Shown: one piece after another, positions 1 to 12,770 of the stretch | Position numbering within the stretch: the first letter of the stretch is position 1 | Layout: the number at the start of each line of letters is the position of its first letter | Origin: Eledone cirrhosa | Lineage: Eukaryota | Length of the DNA stretch: 64,000 bases | Direction of reading: 5' to 3' | NCBI GenBank assembly: GCA_964016885.1 | Contig: OZ024741.1 | Location: 223,448,001-223,512,000, forward strand | The notes under the pieces: generated by a model | Told to the model about the DNA's origin: nothing | Database searches by the model: none | The model's input: the letters and a program-made list of their open reading frames with translations, nothing else | Position numbers and translations under genes: made by a program

Positions 1-190
1 ACAGTACATTACTGGTACTTTATTTTATCGACCCCGTAAGGATGAAAGGCAAAGTTAACCTCGGCGGGATTTGAACTCAGACTTTAAAGGGACGTAACTA
101 TGCTAGAAAGGAATAATAATAATTGTTTCTACTTTTGGCACAAGGCCAGCAATTACCCAGTGCATTACTGGTACTTTATTTTATCGAAAG
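1..190 (-). mobile_element. Two partial copies of tRNA-derived SINE family A
   Basis: Reverse complement of the family body ctgagttcaaatcccgccgaggttaactttgcctttcatccttacggggtcgataaaataaagtaccag, which recurs many times in the window. Confidence 0.85.
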
Positions 191-1242
191 GAATAATAAT
201 ATTTTCTAACATTAGTTTCAAAGCCAAACATTTGAGAGGATTGCATCAGCTCCCAGTCTTGGCTAAGAAGAGAGTTCACGAAGATTACTTTGATCCAAGT
301 ATTTGAGTGGGTGGAGAAATCAATACATCAATATATATAAGCATGAAGTAGCAGAATAGCAAGATTGGAACGTTAACAGCCCATCTGAAGGAGCCTCGCG
401 AGGTGGAGTGGCTGTTGCAGTGGGAGTCGCTGGCCATTTTTCATGGGAATGCTTTTGCAGGCTTGTTCCCAGGGCATAGCCCCAACACCGCAGCTCCCTA
501 GGCCAAGAGCCCATCAGTGTCCCCCTTCCTCCTCCCATTCTTCTGTAATAGTAGAGCCCTTGCTTTTCTCTTCCTTTTCCATTTTCATAACCACAAAAGA
601 CACTTGCATTTTTTTACAATAAAACATTTTATGATCAGTAATAGAATGTCAATCAAAAATATGGTGCTATTTGGTTACATCTCATGTGGCTGAGATCAAC
701 TTTGTCTTTTGTCCTTATAAAGTCAATAAAAAATACCTTATAAAATACTGAGAGTTGATATAATTGATAGAAGGCTATGTATTAGCATGTCTACAATCTA
801 ATGACAGAACCCAATAAAAGAATGAAATAAAACAGATTATGTTAGTATGTGCATGTGTCTTTTTATCACAACTCATTGGTTAAACCTTTTGTTACCAAAC
901 GACCTGGTTCTATGATACAAAATTGTTTACCTGAAAGTGTTTATATCTACCTAAAACCCTTCCATCATAATTTTATTTATGAAGCTTTGTTATGCTATAT
1001 TCCAGAGAAAGTTAATTATATTTCTAAATACCTTCAAATTCTTCATTATTTTCAAAATTATTTGAAAATTATATACAGTATCTTTCATGAGGAATATTGT
1101 AATAAAAAGCCTTTTGAACCTTTTGTGTCTCTTTCAGTTCTTTTACATAAATAGAAGTATAATATCTTATGCATTTGATTAGTTCACTGTTACTATTGAG
1201 ATTGGCCAACAAACAATAAAAAATTTAATAAAATGACAATAT

Positions 1243-1460
1243 TCGGTAGTAGTATCGGCCAAGCATCGGACAGCATGCTTTGCAGCATATAGTTGCGGCC
1301 CTTTATGTTCTGAGTTCAAATCTCACCAAGGTTAGCTTTGCCTTTCATCCTTATGGGGTCAATAAAATAAAGCACCAGTAATGCACTGGGGTCGATTTAA
1401 ATTGATTTTCCCTTCCCCCAAATTTGTTGGCCTTGTGCCTAAATCAGAAACCATTATTTT
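1243..1460 (+). mobile_element. SINE family A copy
   Basis: B-box-like gagttcaaatc, family central domain cctttcatccttatggggtcaataaaat, tail ggccttgtgcctaaatcagaaacc(att)n. Confidence 0.85.
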
Positions 1461-3225
1461 TCAGATATATCTGATGTCCATATAGAATAGAGCCCATCAT
1501 TTAGTTATTCACATATAGTATACTAACAACTTCATATCAAATGCTGTTGCATTTGATATGAAGGTTTGGAAACCTTTTAAATACCAATAATGTTCTGTTC
1601 TGTACTCAGTACAAATAAAGATTTTCTTTTGTGGATAATTGGTAGAGCCCAACAAAAGGAAATCAATATATCCATTAGCTATGCCAACAGGAGTGTTTGA
1701 TGCTGTTTAAAGCTTCCATTGTTACCTTTGATCGATAATCGCTGAAATCCTCAACAGCATCTACACTTCCTGTTTATATTTATTCAGATTTTGTTCTGTG
1801 CTGGTTTCTGGAAACAGCAAACAAAAGCTAGATTGTACCTTTTGTTATATCTTATCATATTGTGATTTTTAGTACAGTTTGTTTAGCTCATTGCCAAGTG
1901 ACAACATAAAAGATGAATCTAATGTATTGTTGTGCACAGAACTTTGAAGGGACTCTACTTACCTCTAGTTTCATAATGTTAAGCAGATGAGAAATACTCC
2001 ACCTCTTTGAGAGGAAACTAATGTTTTTGTAGATAACATTCCTTTTATGTTCATTTTTTCACGCTTACGTGGGTTGGATAGGTCTTTTCCAGCAAGGCTT
2101 CTCACCCATCTACTGCATTCCTTTGTCATCTGTGTGAGATTCAGTGTTTTGAGATCTACTCTCACTCCTTTGGTCTTCTTTTTTTACTTCACCTAACAAT
2201 CATCATCCATATGAACCACATGTTCAGGTAATATAGAATAAATCACCTAAACAGAAATACACTCCAAACACCTAATCCATTTGGCCATTTTCATTCTAAT
2301 CATCATCATCATCAGCATCTGAATGGAAGGCTGCTGAGTTTGTAAAGACTTGTCCAACCCATACAAGCATGGAAAAATGGTGAGATGATGAGGATTTGAA
2401 TGCTGAGCAGGTATTGACTCAAACAGATTTAACCTTTCATGACCGTATTTCTAATTAAATACACTTTATTTCAATTAATGAATGAAGACTTTTGAACTAT
2501 TTATTAAAATTATTAATTATTTCATTACTAAGACAGTAACTTAATATATAAAATCATGTTAGATTTTAAGTTAAATAGGAACCCTTTAAAATGGGTGGTG
2601 CTGTTTTATAAAACCAGAGCCAGTTTTGGCTGCGTTGATCATTCCTGAAAAATCCTTAATAAAAAGATCAAACTTGAGCACAATTGTCTTTTATTACAAC
2701 ACTAGTTAGGGTGGTGAATTGGGAGAACATCAGATAAAATGCCATTGCAGTATTTGTTCTAGCTCTTTACCTAACCCGAGCCCTAACTCTTTTTTTAGTT
2801 CAAATGCTGTCAAAGTCAACTTGTCTTGCATTCTTCCAGGATCAATAAAATAAAGTACCAATCAAATACTGGAGTTGATTTAAGAAACTTTGCCCTTCAC
2901 CCAAATTTGTTGGACTTGTGACATAATTAGAAATCAATATTAAATCAACCAATAATGGTAGATTGGAAGAATTGGTTGAGCATTGAATAAAATGCCATTG
3001 CTCTATTCTAGCTCTTTATATTCTGAGTTCAGATCCTGCCAAAGTCAACTTTACCTTTCATTCTTCCAGGGTTGATAATGTACCAGTCAAATACTGGGGC
3101 TGATATTATCAACCTTTCTTTTTCCCCATATTTGATGAACTTGTGCCTAAATTAGAAATCAATATAATACTAATTGACCCCATGGAAATTACATGGTTTA
3201 ATTATAAACAACCACCAAGTATTAA

Positions 3226-3446
3226 CCCTTTAGCATTTAAACCGGCCATTTCCAGCCAGAATTCTCCTTCCTCTCTCTGTTTAAACCAGCCATAACTGGC
3301 CGTGCATACTGAAGTTAAGGTATTGTTCTCAAAATAAATAACATCAAAATCTCATAGATTCAATATTGTGTGAGATAATTATATAAGATAAAGCCTTTAC
3401 CACAAAAATACAATAGTAAATATAGAGTAATGTAAATGCTAAAGGG
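3226..3446. mobile_element. TTAA-specific (piggyBac-type) MITE, 221 bp
   Basis: TTAA at 3222-3225 and 3447-3450; perfect 14-bp TIR CCCTTTAGCATTTA...TAAATGCTAAAGGG. Related copies at 27938-28431 and 56187-56406. Confidence 0.85.
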
Positions 3447-5029
3447 TTAAAGATCAAAATGACATTTTTAATGTTTTATTTATAAGTTATATTTATACAC
3501 ACATATAATATAATCCATGTGAGAAACTATGTTGCGATATTATATCGCAGATTATTGATAGGAGACTGACAATCTAAATAATGCCAAGTACCTTATTCTT
3601 GTTAATCTTTCACTCCATCATTCTATCCATCTCTCCATCACTCTAGTCCACATTTTTCTCCTCGCCTCCTCTGCTCGCTCTCTCCCTTTAACCCCCTCAT
3701 TTCTCATCTCTTTCTCCTTCTCTTTCACTCTCCATTCGATTTGTGGTTATATCTTAACCTCAAAAAAATAAAGAAAAAAAAATTTGGCTAGGCAAATAGT
3801 ATACAGCTGATAACAGCTACCTTCCGTGCAGAGAATACTCAAATTTTACGAATATTAAAAAAATAAATTTCAGTATTGCCATAACAAATCACCACTTCAT
3901 TTTCTCTCTCCTTAGTATTCTGATTCATTAAAAACTTGTTGAGGTACTGGAACAGCCACTTTTTCTTTGTAGGATTGGTATTCAAAGCTTTTGTAAGCGA
4001 CTTTCCACAAAGGCACATGGCCGGCGGAGTATTAGTGAAGATTATGCTAATGATTTATAGCACCATACCCTGAGACAATCATACCAAAAGGATGGATGGC
4101 GGGGTTTTAACTGTCCCTTAATGTAAGAAATGTTAAACAGGGCCTTTGGGTGTACCCTTTTGCAGCATTTTGAAGGGCTAGTAGGCAGAAATATGGAGTG
4201 TTCTTCTCAGGCCTAAATAGTAGGTTATCACTCATGTGTGATTGGCAACTCTAAATGTTCTGTATGAAATGTTTTGTAAATAATTGTTTCTACTTTTATT
4301 ATCCCAGTTCATTACTGGTACTTTATTTTATCGACCCCGTAAGGATGAAAGGCAAAATTAACCACTGCGGGATTTGAACTGTTTTGTAAATAATACCTTG
4401 TTTTATTTATTGTTTTCTTTCATCATTATCTTCATCATCATTGTTTTTACATCCACTTTCTATGTTGGCATGTGTTTGACAGGTTGTCACATTCTGAGGC
4501 TATCAGGTGACAACATCCTGCTCATATGTTCCATATTTGGTATTGCTTCTAATACCAACCACCTTACATGGTGTACTGCAGGCATGTCAAACTGAGGGTC
4601 CCCCGAGGGCCACATGGGTCACATATGTGTTGTCTGAGGACCACACACAACAACTTATTGCGCACATTACAACTAATTTTTTTATTTTATATTACAAAGA
4701 TAAAACATGCTTGCACTTTAAAAACCTTTGTGTGGGCCGCAGATATGCTTGTAAAGGGCCACGGGCTGCATGTTTCACATGCCTGGTGTACTGGGTGGTG
4801 CATTTTATTGAAGCAACTACTACCACTTTACAGAGTGGATTGGCTGTGTTTTTTTGTGGCTCCAACACTACCACCTTACAGGGTGAACTGTAAGGTGGCA
4901 CCAGGACTACCAGGTCGTCTTTGTATAGTGTCCCTGACCACTTATCTCACCTTACATACCCTTTGTAAGACCCCTTTAATCAGTTTGTACTTTGCATTGT
5001 ATGAATAATAATTGTTTGTAATTGTGCTC

Positions 5030-5610
5030 AGTGGCTAAATAAAAAGCAAGTTGGACACCATGCTTTGCAGCATTGAGTTACGGCCCATTACATTCTGAGT
5101 TCAAATCCTGTCAAGGTTAACTTTGCCTTTCATCCTTACGGGGTTGATAAAATAAAGTACCTGTAATGCACTGGGATCATTGCTGGCCTTGTGCCAAAAG
5201 TAGAAACAATTATTATTATTATTATTACTTCTGAGTTCAAATACAGCCACGGTTAGCTTTGCTTTTCATCCTTATGGTGGTCGATTTAATCGACTTTCCT
5301 CCTCCCCTTCAAATTGCTGGCCTTGTGCCTAAAAGTAGAAACAGTTATTATTATTATCACTACTTCTACTAATAAGTGGTGGATTGGTAGAGTGCCAGAT
5401 ACCGTGCTTTGCAACATAGTTATGTCCCTTTATTTTCTGAGTTCAAATCCCACTAAGGTTAGCTTTACCTTTCATCCTTATTGAGTCAATAAAATAATGT
5501 ACCAGTAATGCACTGGAGTCAATTTAATTGACATTCCCCTCTTCCAGAATTGTTGGTCTTGTGCCTAAATCAGAAATCATTATTGGCAGTGGATTGGCAG
5601 TATCTGTAAT
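5030..5610 (+). mobile_element. Head-to-tail cluster of three SINE family A copies
   Basis: Repeated ctgagttcaaat...cctttcatcctta...ggccttgtgcc...agaaac(att)n units. Confidence 0.8.
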
Positions 5611-5668
5611 ACACGCCTTAGATCCCACATATATAAAATTTTTATTTAAAATTTTAACTTTAATTTTT

Positions 5669-6865
5669 TTTCTTCCTCTCATGACCATAGGTAATGGTTG
5701 GCATGAATACGAAATTGAAGATAGCGAGTTTAGCTTTGACACCTACCTCTCTTCTGATTACCAAATGCTGAAGCTGGTGCATTACTGCACCAGTTCCTGC
5801 AATTCTTGCACTTAATTTATCCCCCTGCCTTCCTCGTGAACACAGCTCCGAGGTACTTGAACTTCTCAACCTGCTTCAGTAGAACTCCATTTACATGTAG
5901 CATGCACTGCACAGGCTTCCTTGAGAGGATGAGTGTATGATTTTCATTCCAGCCATGGAGCAATCAGCTTCTGTCGAGTTAAGTAACGCCATGTCATCTG
6001 CAAATTCCAACTGACTGATTTTACACCTGCCAGTCATGATACCACTTCCAACCTGGCTGTGCATGTCAATCCTATTCATGAAAATAATGAACAGGAGAAA
6101 TGACAGTTCACACCCTGTGGAGTCCGATTCCCACATTGAATGGTTTTGATATAGTGCATTTCTCCGAACACAAATATTCGGGCATTCATATAGAGACATC
6201 AGTGCAACAATCAATCAATCCCATATTCCTGCACAACTTTCCACAGCAAGTCCTGAGGAGCGCAGTCATATGCCTTTTTGGGGTCTACAAAACAAAAATA
6301 TACCTCTTGGCAATACTGCGATGATTTCTCAAAGAATTGCTGCAGTGTGAATATCTGGTCAGCTGTGCTGCAAAAACTGCACTGTTCATCAGCTAGCTTG
6401 AACACAACAATCTTCCTGCATCTCTTTCCCAGACATTTAGCATAGACTTTACCAGGGTGGCTTAACAAGTAGATCCCTCTGTAATTAGAACAATCTCCCT
6501 TGTTTTGTTTCCCTTTTTGAAAATTGGGATTATCACTCTCAATTGCCATTGCTTAGGTGCCTTTCCAGAGATCCAGGCCTATGTAGTAACGTTACTCAAT
6601 AGAGTGCATAGCTCAGAGATCAGAGAGTCACTCCATGTAGAGTCGCTACTTCTCCGAATTGAGAGATCACAGTTCCAATACTATGGACATGTGGTTAGAA
6701 TGTCTCAGGAAATAATCACTGGAGGAGACCCAGGAGTAGATGACGTCTATGAGCTTGACTCGTCTCACTTGGGGATCCAGCTGGATCAGATGGACATGAC
6801 CCACTGGATGGAGTGCTTGTGGGCTCTGCCCCCATGACCCTCTGAGGAATAAGTGGGCAAAGAAG
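5669..6865. mobile_element. RTE-clade LINE (family 3, (GAA)n tail) with 5' inversion
   Basis: Minus-strand RT fragments (NYRGIYLLSHPGKVYAK, FADDMALL, PTITYGHE) followed by the plus-strand 3' end (LLRIERSQFQYYGHVVRM...gaataagtgggcaaagaag). 13-bp TSD aactttaattttt at 5656-5668 and 6866-6878. Confidence 0.85.
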
Positions 6866-7039
6866 AACTTTAATTTTTATTTTTATTTTTTATGTAACAT
6901 AAAAACCACGCATAGTGCTATTCACAATACTCTCCTATCTTCTTAATCTCTCTTAATATTTTGTTATATTTTTGTTAATATCTTTAATATTTTTAATTAA
7001 TATGGGGTAATTGCTGGCCTTGTGCCAAACGTAAAATCA

Positions 7040-7055
7040 ATTGTTATTATTATTA

Positions 7056-7107
<52 letters not shown>

Positions 7108-7109
7108 CA
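7040..7109 (+). repeat. (ATT)n microsatellite (expanded SINE tail)
   Basis: Directly visible; follows a SINE A 3' end. Confidence 0.95.
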
Positions 7110-8958
7110 GTCCGGCAAGGGTGCCCACTCCCCTCCCTTCTGTACGTATTGACACTCGAGCCTTTACTGCGGAAGCTGGAGCTGTTGCAGGGCATCCTGC
7201 TCGAACCGGGACGCGGAAAGGCTGTGTCGGCTTATGTGGACAACATCACCGTGATGGTGTCGGCTTATGTGGACAACATCACCGTGATGGTGTCGGCTTA
7301 TGTGGACAACATCACCGTGATGGTGTCGGCTTATGTGGACAACATCACCGTGATGGTGTCGGACACCTCAGAAATCGAGGTGGTCGGCAACTTATTGGAG
7401 GAATATGAAAAGTTGACGGGAGCAAAACTTAATCCGGAAAAGTCGGTGGGCTTGCAACTCAGCACGTGGAGACGCAAGGCCATGCCGTCCAACAGTGTCG
7501 TTAGGTGAGGTGCTGGACGGACGGACCGGTAAAGTTGCTCGGGGTTTGGTTCGGGCCAGACTTCCAGGTGGATAAGAATTGGGACGAGGTGACGGGCAGG
7601 GTAGCCAGTCTCACCCAGAAATGGCCTGGGATGAAGCTATCACTGAAAGGTCGGGCGGAGGTGGCGAACGCATACATCGCGTCCGTCATCTACTACCGTC
7701 TGACCGTCGTCCCTTGCCCCCGTTCGCGCCTCGCCATCTTGGAGCGGCTCCTCTTCAAATTCTTGTGGAGGGGTCAGGTTCCGCTGGTGAGGCGGTCCAT
7801 CTGCTGCCAGCACCCTCTACATGGAAGGCTGGGCATGCCGTGGCTAATGATGCGCAGGCACGCGCTGAGGCTGCGGCATCTCCAGATATGCTGCCTAAAC
7901 AGTGAACAGATGTGGTCGCCGTTTGTCAGACGGGCCTTTCCGCAGCTCGTTTCTTTGACTGAGTTGCAGTCCTGGGTCAAGAAGAGACCGAGACTGGGTG
8001 ACTGGCATCTGGAATGTTACCAGGCACTCACTGCCCTCTACCAGGCGGGCAATGCGGTCAGTAGAACTTCCACTCTCGAGTTCTATAGAGGATTAGTGGC
8101 GGGTAAGTGCGACGACGCACTCGGAGAGGCTCTGGGAGTCAACGAAGTCGAACTAACCAGTCTGTACCAGAGGACTTTCGAGCCGGGGACGATGGATAAT
8201 TTCCAAAAATCCCTCGCTTGGCAGTGCTACCGAGGGGCACTGCCGGTTCGAGATAAACTCTACAGGCACGGAAGTGCTATCAGACGGACCTGCCCGAGAT
8301 GCGTGCAGAGCGACGAAACCGTTCTGCATGCACTCGTCCAGTGTCCGTGCATTACTGATTTGTCGAGTTATGTTGAATAGCTGTTGTCGCGTGTAGAACG
8401 GATCCGGCTATCGGCCGAGTCCATAGTGAAGATCGACCCGCAGCCTTCTTTTGGCCAGGAAGGGCAGGCAATTTTCCTGTCTGGTGGCAGTAGCGAAAGA
8501 GGTTGTATGGTGGACGAGGTTGAAAGGACTGAAGACAGACACTTTTCTCTTCGGCCAATCCCTCATCAACTTTTTTATGTTTCACTTGGAAAGGAAGGTG
8601 AGGGTGGAGAGAGAAGTGCCCCCCCCCCAGTACATTTGCTGAAAGGTGGGTGAATGCGGCGAGAATGTCCCGGGTGAGTGGGCCTACTCTGGTCATGCGG
8701 CTGTAGGTAGGTAAATTTGAGGAGGAGAGGGGTGCCCTTCCAGAGTGCTCTCGAAGCGTCAGGTCGTTCAGGATTGGTGAGGTACCTGAGCGAACCCTGG
8801 ATGGTCATCCCCCCTATTGGGGAATTTTTTCTTGTAATTTTATTGTTACTTTGTTATTGTTATTCATATTGTTTAGTCGATTTTTCTGTAAAACCCCACT
8901 GTCCCAGTCTTTTGTATTGTCCCCTATATGTCGGCCCTTGTGGCCAATAAATGAAATC
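7110..8958 (+). mobile_element. 5'-truncated Tx1/L1-clade LINE ORF2 (RT C-terminal half and CCHC zinc motif), decayed
   Basis: VRQGCPLPSLLYVLTLEPL, degenerate YADD motif, GAKLNPEKS, KLLGVWFG, LSLKGRAEVAN, CPRC..SDETVLHALVQC. Frameshift at a 5-bp duplication (aggtgaggtg, about 7503). 3' end ggccaataaatgaaatc; flanked by attattattatca. Confidence 0.88.
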
Positions 8959-8974
8959 ATTATTATTATCATTA

Positions 8975-10460
8975 TGGTTGCATTTATCTTGCTTTATGTT
9001 CATACGAGTTATCACCAAGTCACAACCAGTGACCTCAAGAGACAACAAGGTCCGCCATGTTCAAGAAAGAACATACATACACACACACATGCATCTTTAG
9101 GTGTTTAGACTTGTGATGTACTTATATTGACAGAATCTTCCTTAGTATATGGGCAGTTCCCATTAGTACTATCTTTTGTATTTCTTCTATATGTGGGTTT
9201 CCTGGGATTTGTGATAAGTAATCATTAGACCCCTTAGGTATCATTCCTAGAGTGCCCACAACCACTGGTATTGTTTTAGTTCTCAACTTCCACATTTTTC
9301 CAATTTCTATCTCCAGGTCTTTATACTTGCTCAATTTTTCAAATGTTTTTATAGATACATTCTTGTCTATTGAAACGGACATATCAATTAGCAGGCATAC
9401 CCTCTTTTTAAAGTCCTTCAGTATTATATCAGGTCTATTTGCATCTATTTTTCGGTCTGTTTGGATGCTAAAGTTCCACAAATATATTCTATCTGTATCT
9501 GCCTTAGGGTGATTCATTCTGTGCATGGTTAAGAATTTTCTAATTTTTGTATCGAGCCTACGGATCTCTGTGCTTGACCAGTTGATGACATTGAAACTGT
9601 AGGTTACTACTGGTATGGTAAGCGTGTTTATGGCATCGATCCTATTCCTTGCATTCAACTCTGTTCTTAAGATTGCTCTTACTCTGCGGTAACATTCCTT
9701 CCTTATCCTTTCCCTAATTGTCGAGTGCTTCATTCCGTCTCCTTCACAAACTCCTAGATATTTGTAAGTTTCCTCTTGATCAAGTTCTCTTATCACATTC
9801 CCCCGATCAAGATTAATATCTGAACTTCTCAGCAGCTTTCCTCTGGTGAACGTGGCTTTGGCGCATTTATTTAGTCCAAACTCCATTTTAATATTATCAC
9901 TGAACTGCTTCACAGTGGATAATAGTCCTTGCAATTGCTCATCATCTTTTGCAAATAGTTTCAGGTCATCCATGTAGAACAAGTGATTAATGGTTTTGTC
10001 ATAGACTTTATATCCATGTTTTGTTTCATTGAGCATTTTACTTAACGGTATAAGTGCAATGCAGAATAAAAGCAGGGATAAAGAGTCACCCTGAAAAATT
10101 CCACAATTAATATTAACTTCTCCAGCTCCCAGTGATATATTTTCACGATTCAAAAGGAGTGTCGTTTTCCATGTCTTCATACTGAATGACAAGAACTTCC
10201 TGACAACGGGAGATATTTTGAAAATCTCTAAACACTTTTCAATCCAACTGTGTGGCAAACTATCGAATGCTTTTTTATAATCTATCCAAGCAATTGATAG
10301 ATTGTTGTGTCTATTATGACAATCTTCCAGTATCATTTTGTTAACCAGAAGCTGATCCTTACAGCCATATGAGACTCGTTTACACCCTTTCTGCTCATTG
10401 GGAAATAGGTCATTTGTTATCAGGTGATCATGTGTGTATTCAGTTAGGACTGATGTTAAA
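8975..10460 (-). mobile_element. R4/Dong-type non-LTR retrotransposon (RT plus restriction-like endonuclease), 5'-truncated and internally deleted
   Basis: ORF 9122-10516 has EQKGC, WIDYKKAFDSLPH, GIFQGDSLS, HLFYMDDLKLF, YKYLGV, then NRPDIIL...LIDMSV...EKLSKYKDL (PD-(D/E)xK nuclease) and C-terminal IQKIVLMGTAHILRKILS. Bounded by (ATT)n. Confidence 0.88.
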
Positions 10461-10474
10461 TTATTATTATTATC

Positions 10475-10700
10475 AGGGCGGTTGTTTGGCAGTATCGGTA
10501 GAGGGTTGGACGCCATGCTTTGTACATAGAGTTACGGCCCTTTATGATCTGAGTTCAAATCCCATCGAGGTTAACTTTGCCTTTCATCCTTACGGGGGTC
10601 GATAAAATAAAGTACCAGTCACGCACTGGGGTCGATTTAATCGACTTTCCCCTCCTCCAAAATAGATGGCCTTGTGCCTATATAAGAAACCATTATCGTT
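10475..10700 (+). mobile_element. SINE family A, full-length copy
   Basis: A-box-like tggcagtatcggtaga, B-box gagttcaaatccc, central domain and tail present. Confidence 0.88.
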
Positions 10701-10779
10701 ATAGTTGTTAGTGGTGGTGGTGGTGGTGGTGGTGATGTCGCCGACATCATGAAAGTAATCCCCAACGTCTTTATTCTTT

Positions 10780-10811
<32 letters not shown>

Positions 10812-11299
10812 ACAGGATAGGCCAAGTGTTGCTCTTGCTGGCACAACAGCAGCAGCATTGTTATGATTCAAAGGACAGCGATGAAGAAGATTGATGACTG
10901 AATCAACATGTAAACAAGAGACTAAACAATACACCAAGCCAGAAATAGTAAATTTGTCAACAATAACATTAAGGAACTTTTCTCAGAACCTACAAATTCC
11001 ACCAATCAAAAAGCAGATACATCTGCCACTAGACATTAATAAAAAAAAAAAAAAAAAAAAAACAAGACTCACTATCTCCTATGTTCACTCACATCACACC
11101 AAGATAGTAATACGTTACCAGTAGCATATCTGCATACTTGCATAATGACACCTCATAATCGTATGAACATCTGATGATGTCACGTGGAAACTGTTAATGA
11201 TATAACCATTGCATAACCATGTCATTGAAATATATATTATGCAATAAAACAATTATGTAAAAGAAACCCTGTCTTAACATTTCATATATATATAAATAT

Positions 11300-11980
11300 A
11301 TTAGAAAGAAATGAAGCTTGCATGCTCCAATGGATGTGTAATAGTAATGTGCACGAACGGCGAAGCATAAACAAATTGAGAGAGAGACTAAGCATAAGAG
11401 GTATCAAATGTTGTGTTTTGGAGAGGAGATTGCATTGACATGGCCATGTGATGCGTATGAAGGATGACAGCTGTATAAAAAAGTGCAGAGCAATGAAAAT
11501 TGATGGAAGCTACGGAGTGGGTAGACCAAGAAAAAGTTAGGACATGGTTATAAAAACTGACCTTGCTCACTTACACTTCTCTAAGACAATGTCACTGGAT
11601 CGAGATCTTTGGCGACATACAGTTATACAGAAAACCCGCCTTCCCTTGCATACAAACCTACAGTCAGTAGGCACCTCTTAACCCAATATACACCCCACAC
11701 ACCCTACCCCATCCTCCTATTTCCGTCCACTGTGTTGATGACACAAAAAGCACCTAGTCCACACTGTAAAGTGGTCTTGTTGAAGACACGGTAAAAAAAG
11801 CTCCCAGTCCACACTCTGAAGCGTGGTTGGTGTTAGGAAGAGCATTCAGCCGTAGAAAACCTGCCAGAGACACTTGCCATATGAGCGAGACATGGTCTCT
11901 CGACTATTCCCGCATCAAATGGAACAAAACTGTCTAAACCATGCTAGTGTGGAAGATGGACGTTAAATGATGATGATGAT
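11300..11980 (+). mobile_element. RTE family 2 3' fragment
   Basis: GHVMRMKDDSCIKK-type coding remnant; 3' UTR with ggtgttaggaag module; tail ccatgctagtgtggaagatggacgttaaa(tga)n. Confidence 0.85.
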
Positions 11981-12097
11981 TAGAATGTCAGATAAAACGC
12001 TTTACTGTATTCTTTTCAGCTCTCTGCGCTATCTGAGTTCAAATCCTCCCATGGAAAATTTTTCCTTTCATCCTTTTGAGGCCAATAAAAAAGTACA

Positions 12098-12472
12098 AAC
12101 CCAATCCACTACCCCTACCCTATCCTCCCACTCCCACCAACACCACCCTCTCTCTGTAAAGTTGGTACCACAACATCCAGTCCAAATAAATGAGATAATG
12201 AGATCGAGATCGTGTAGGTGTCACGAGAAAAAAAACACACAGTCCACGCTGTAATGTGGCCGTGTAGGTAACATGGTAAAAAGTTCCCAGTCCACACTGT
12301 AAATGTGGTTGGTGTTAGGAAGGGCATCCAGCCATAGAAAACCTGCCAGATAGTCCTGTACAAGCGAGACACGGTCACCCGACCAACCTTGCCTCAAGTG
12401 GGACAACTCCCGTCTAACCCATGCTAGCGTGGAAAATGGACGTTAAACGATGATGATGATGATGATGATGAT
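12098..12472 (+). mobile_element. RTE family 2 3' UTR fragment
   Basis: Near-identical to 39135-39497; ends in (GAT)n. Confidence 0.85.
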
Positions 12473-12485
12473 ATATATATATATA

Positions 12486-12770
12486 GGCATGTGGCCTAGT
12501 GGTAAGAGTGTTGGACTTACGATCATAATGTCGTGGGTTCGATTCCTGGGCTGCGTGTTGTGTTCTTGAGCAAAACACTTTATTTCACGTTGCTCCAGTA
12601 TAATCAGCTGGAAATGAGTACCAGCAATAGCTGGAGGTTTAACCTTGCGATGGACTGGCGTCCTGTCCAGGGGGGGGGGGGTCTTGTACTCTCAGTTGCT
12701 TCACGTCATGAAACCGGAGTAAGCACCGGCCAAATGAGCCTCTGGCTTAAGACAGACTTTAGACTTTTTT
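12486..12770 (+). mobile_element. tRNA-derived CORE-like SINE (family C)
   Basis: A box tggcctagtgg and B box gggttcgattcc; CORE-like tgtgttcttgagcaaaacactttatttcac...aaatgag; distinct tail gcgatggactggcgtcctgtccagggg...gaaaccggagtaagcaccggc. Confidence 0.75.

Noticed and set aside
320-538. GC-richer 72-aa minus-strand ORF
   Set aside because: No recognisable motif or supporting splice structure.
1963-2195. Possible minus-strand exon with a strong donor (ag|gtaagt at 1963/1962)
   Set aside because: No frame stays open across it, and I found no convincing partner exon or homology. It could be a UTR or non-coding exon but cannot be supported.
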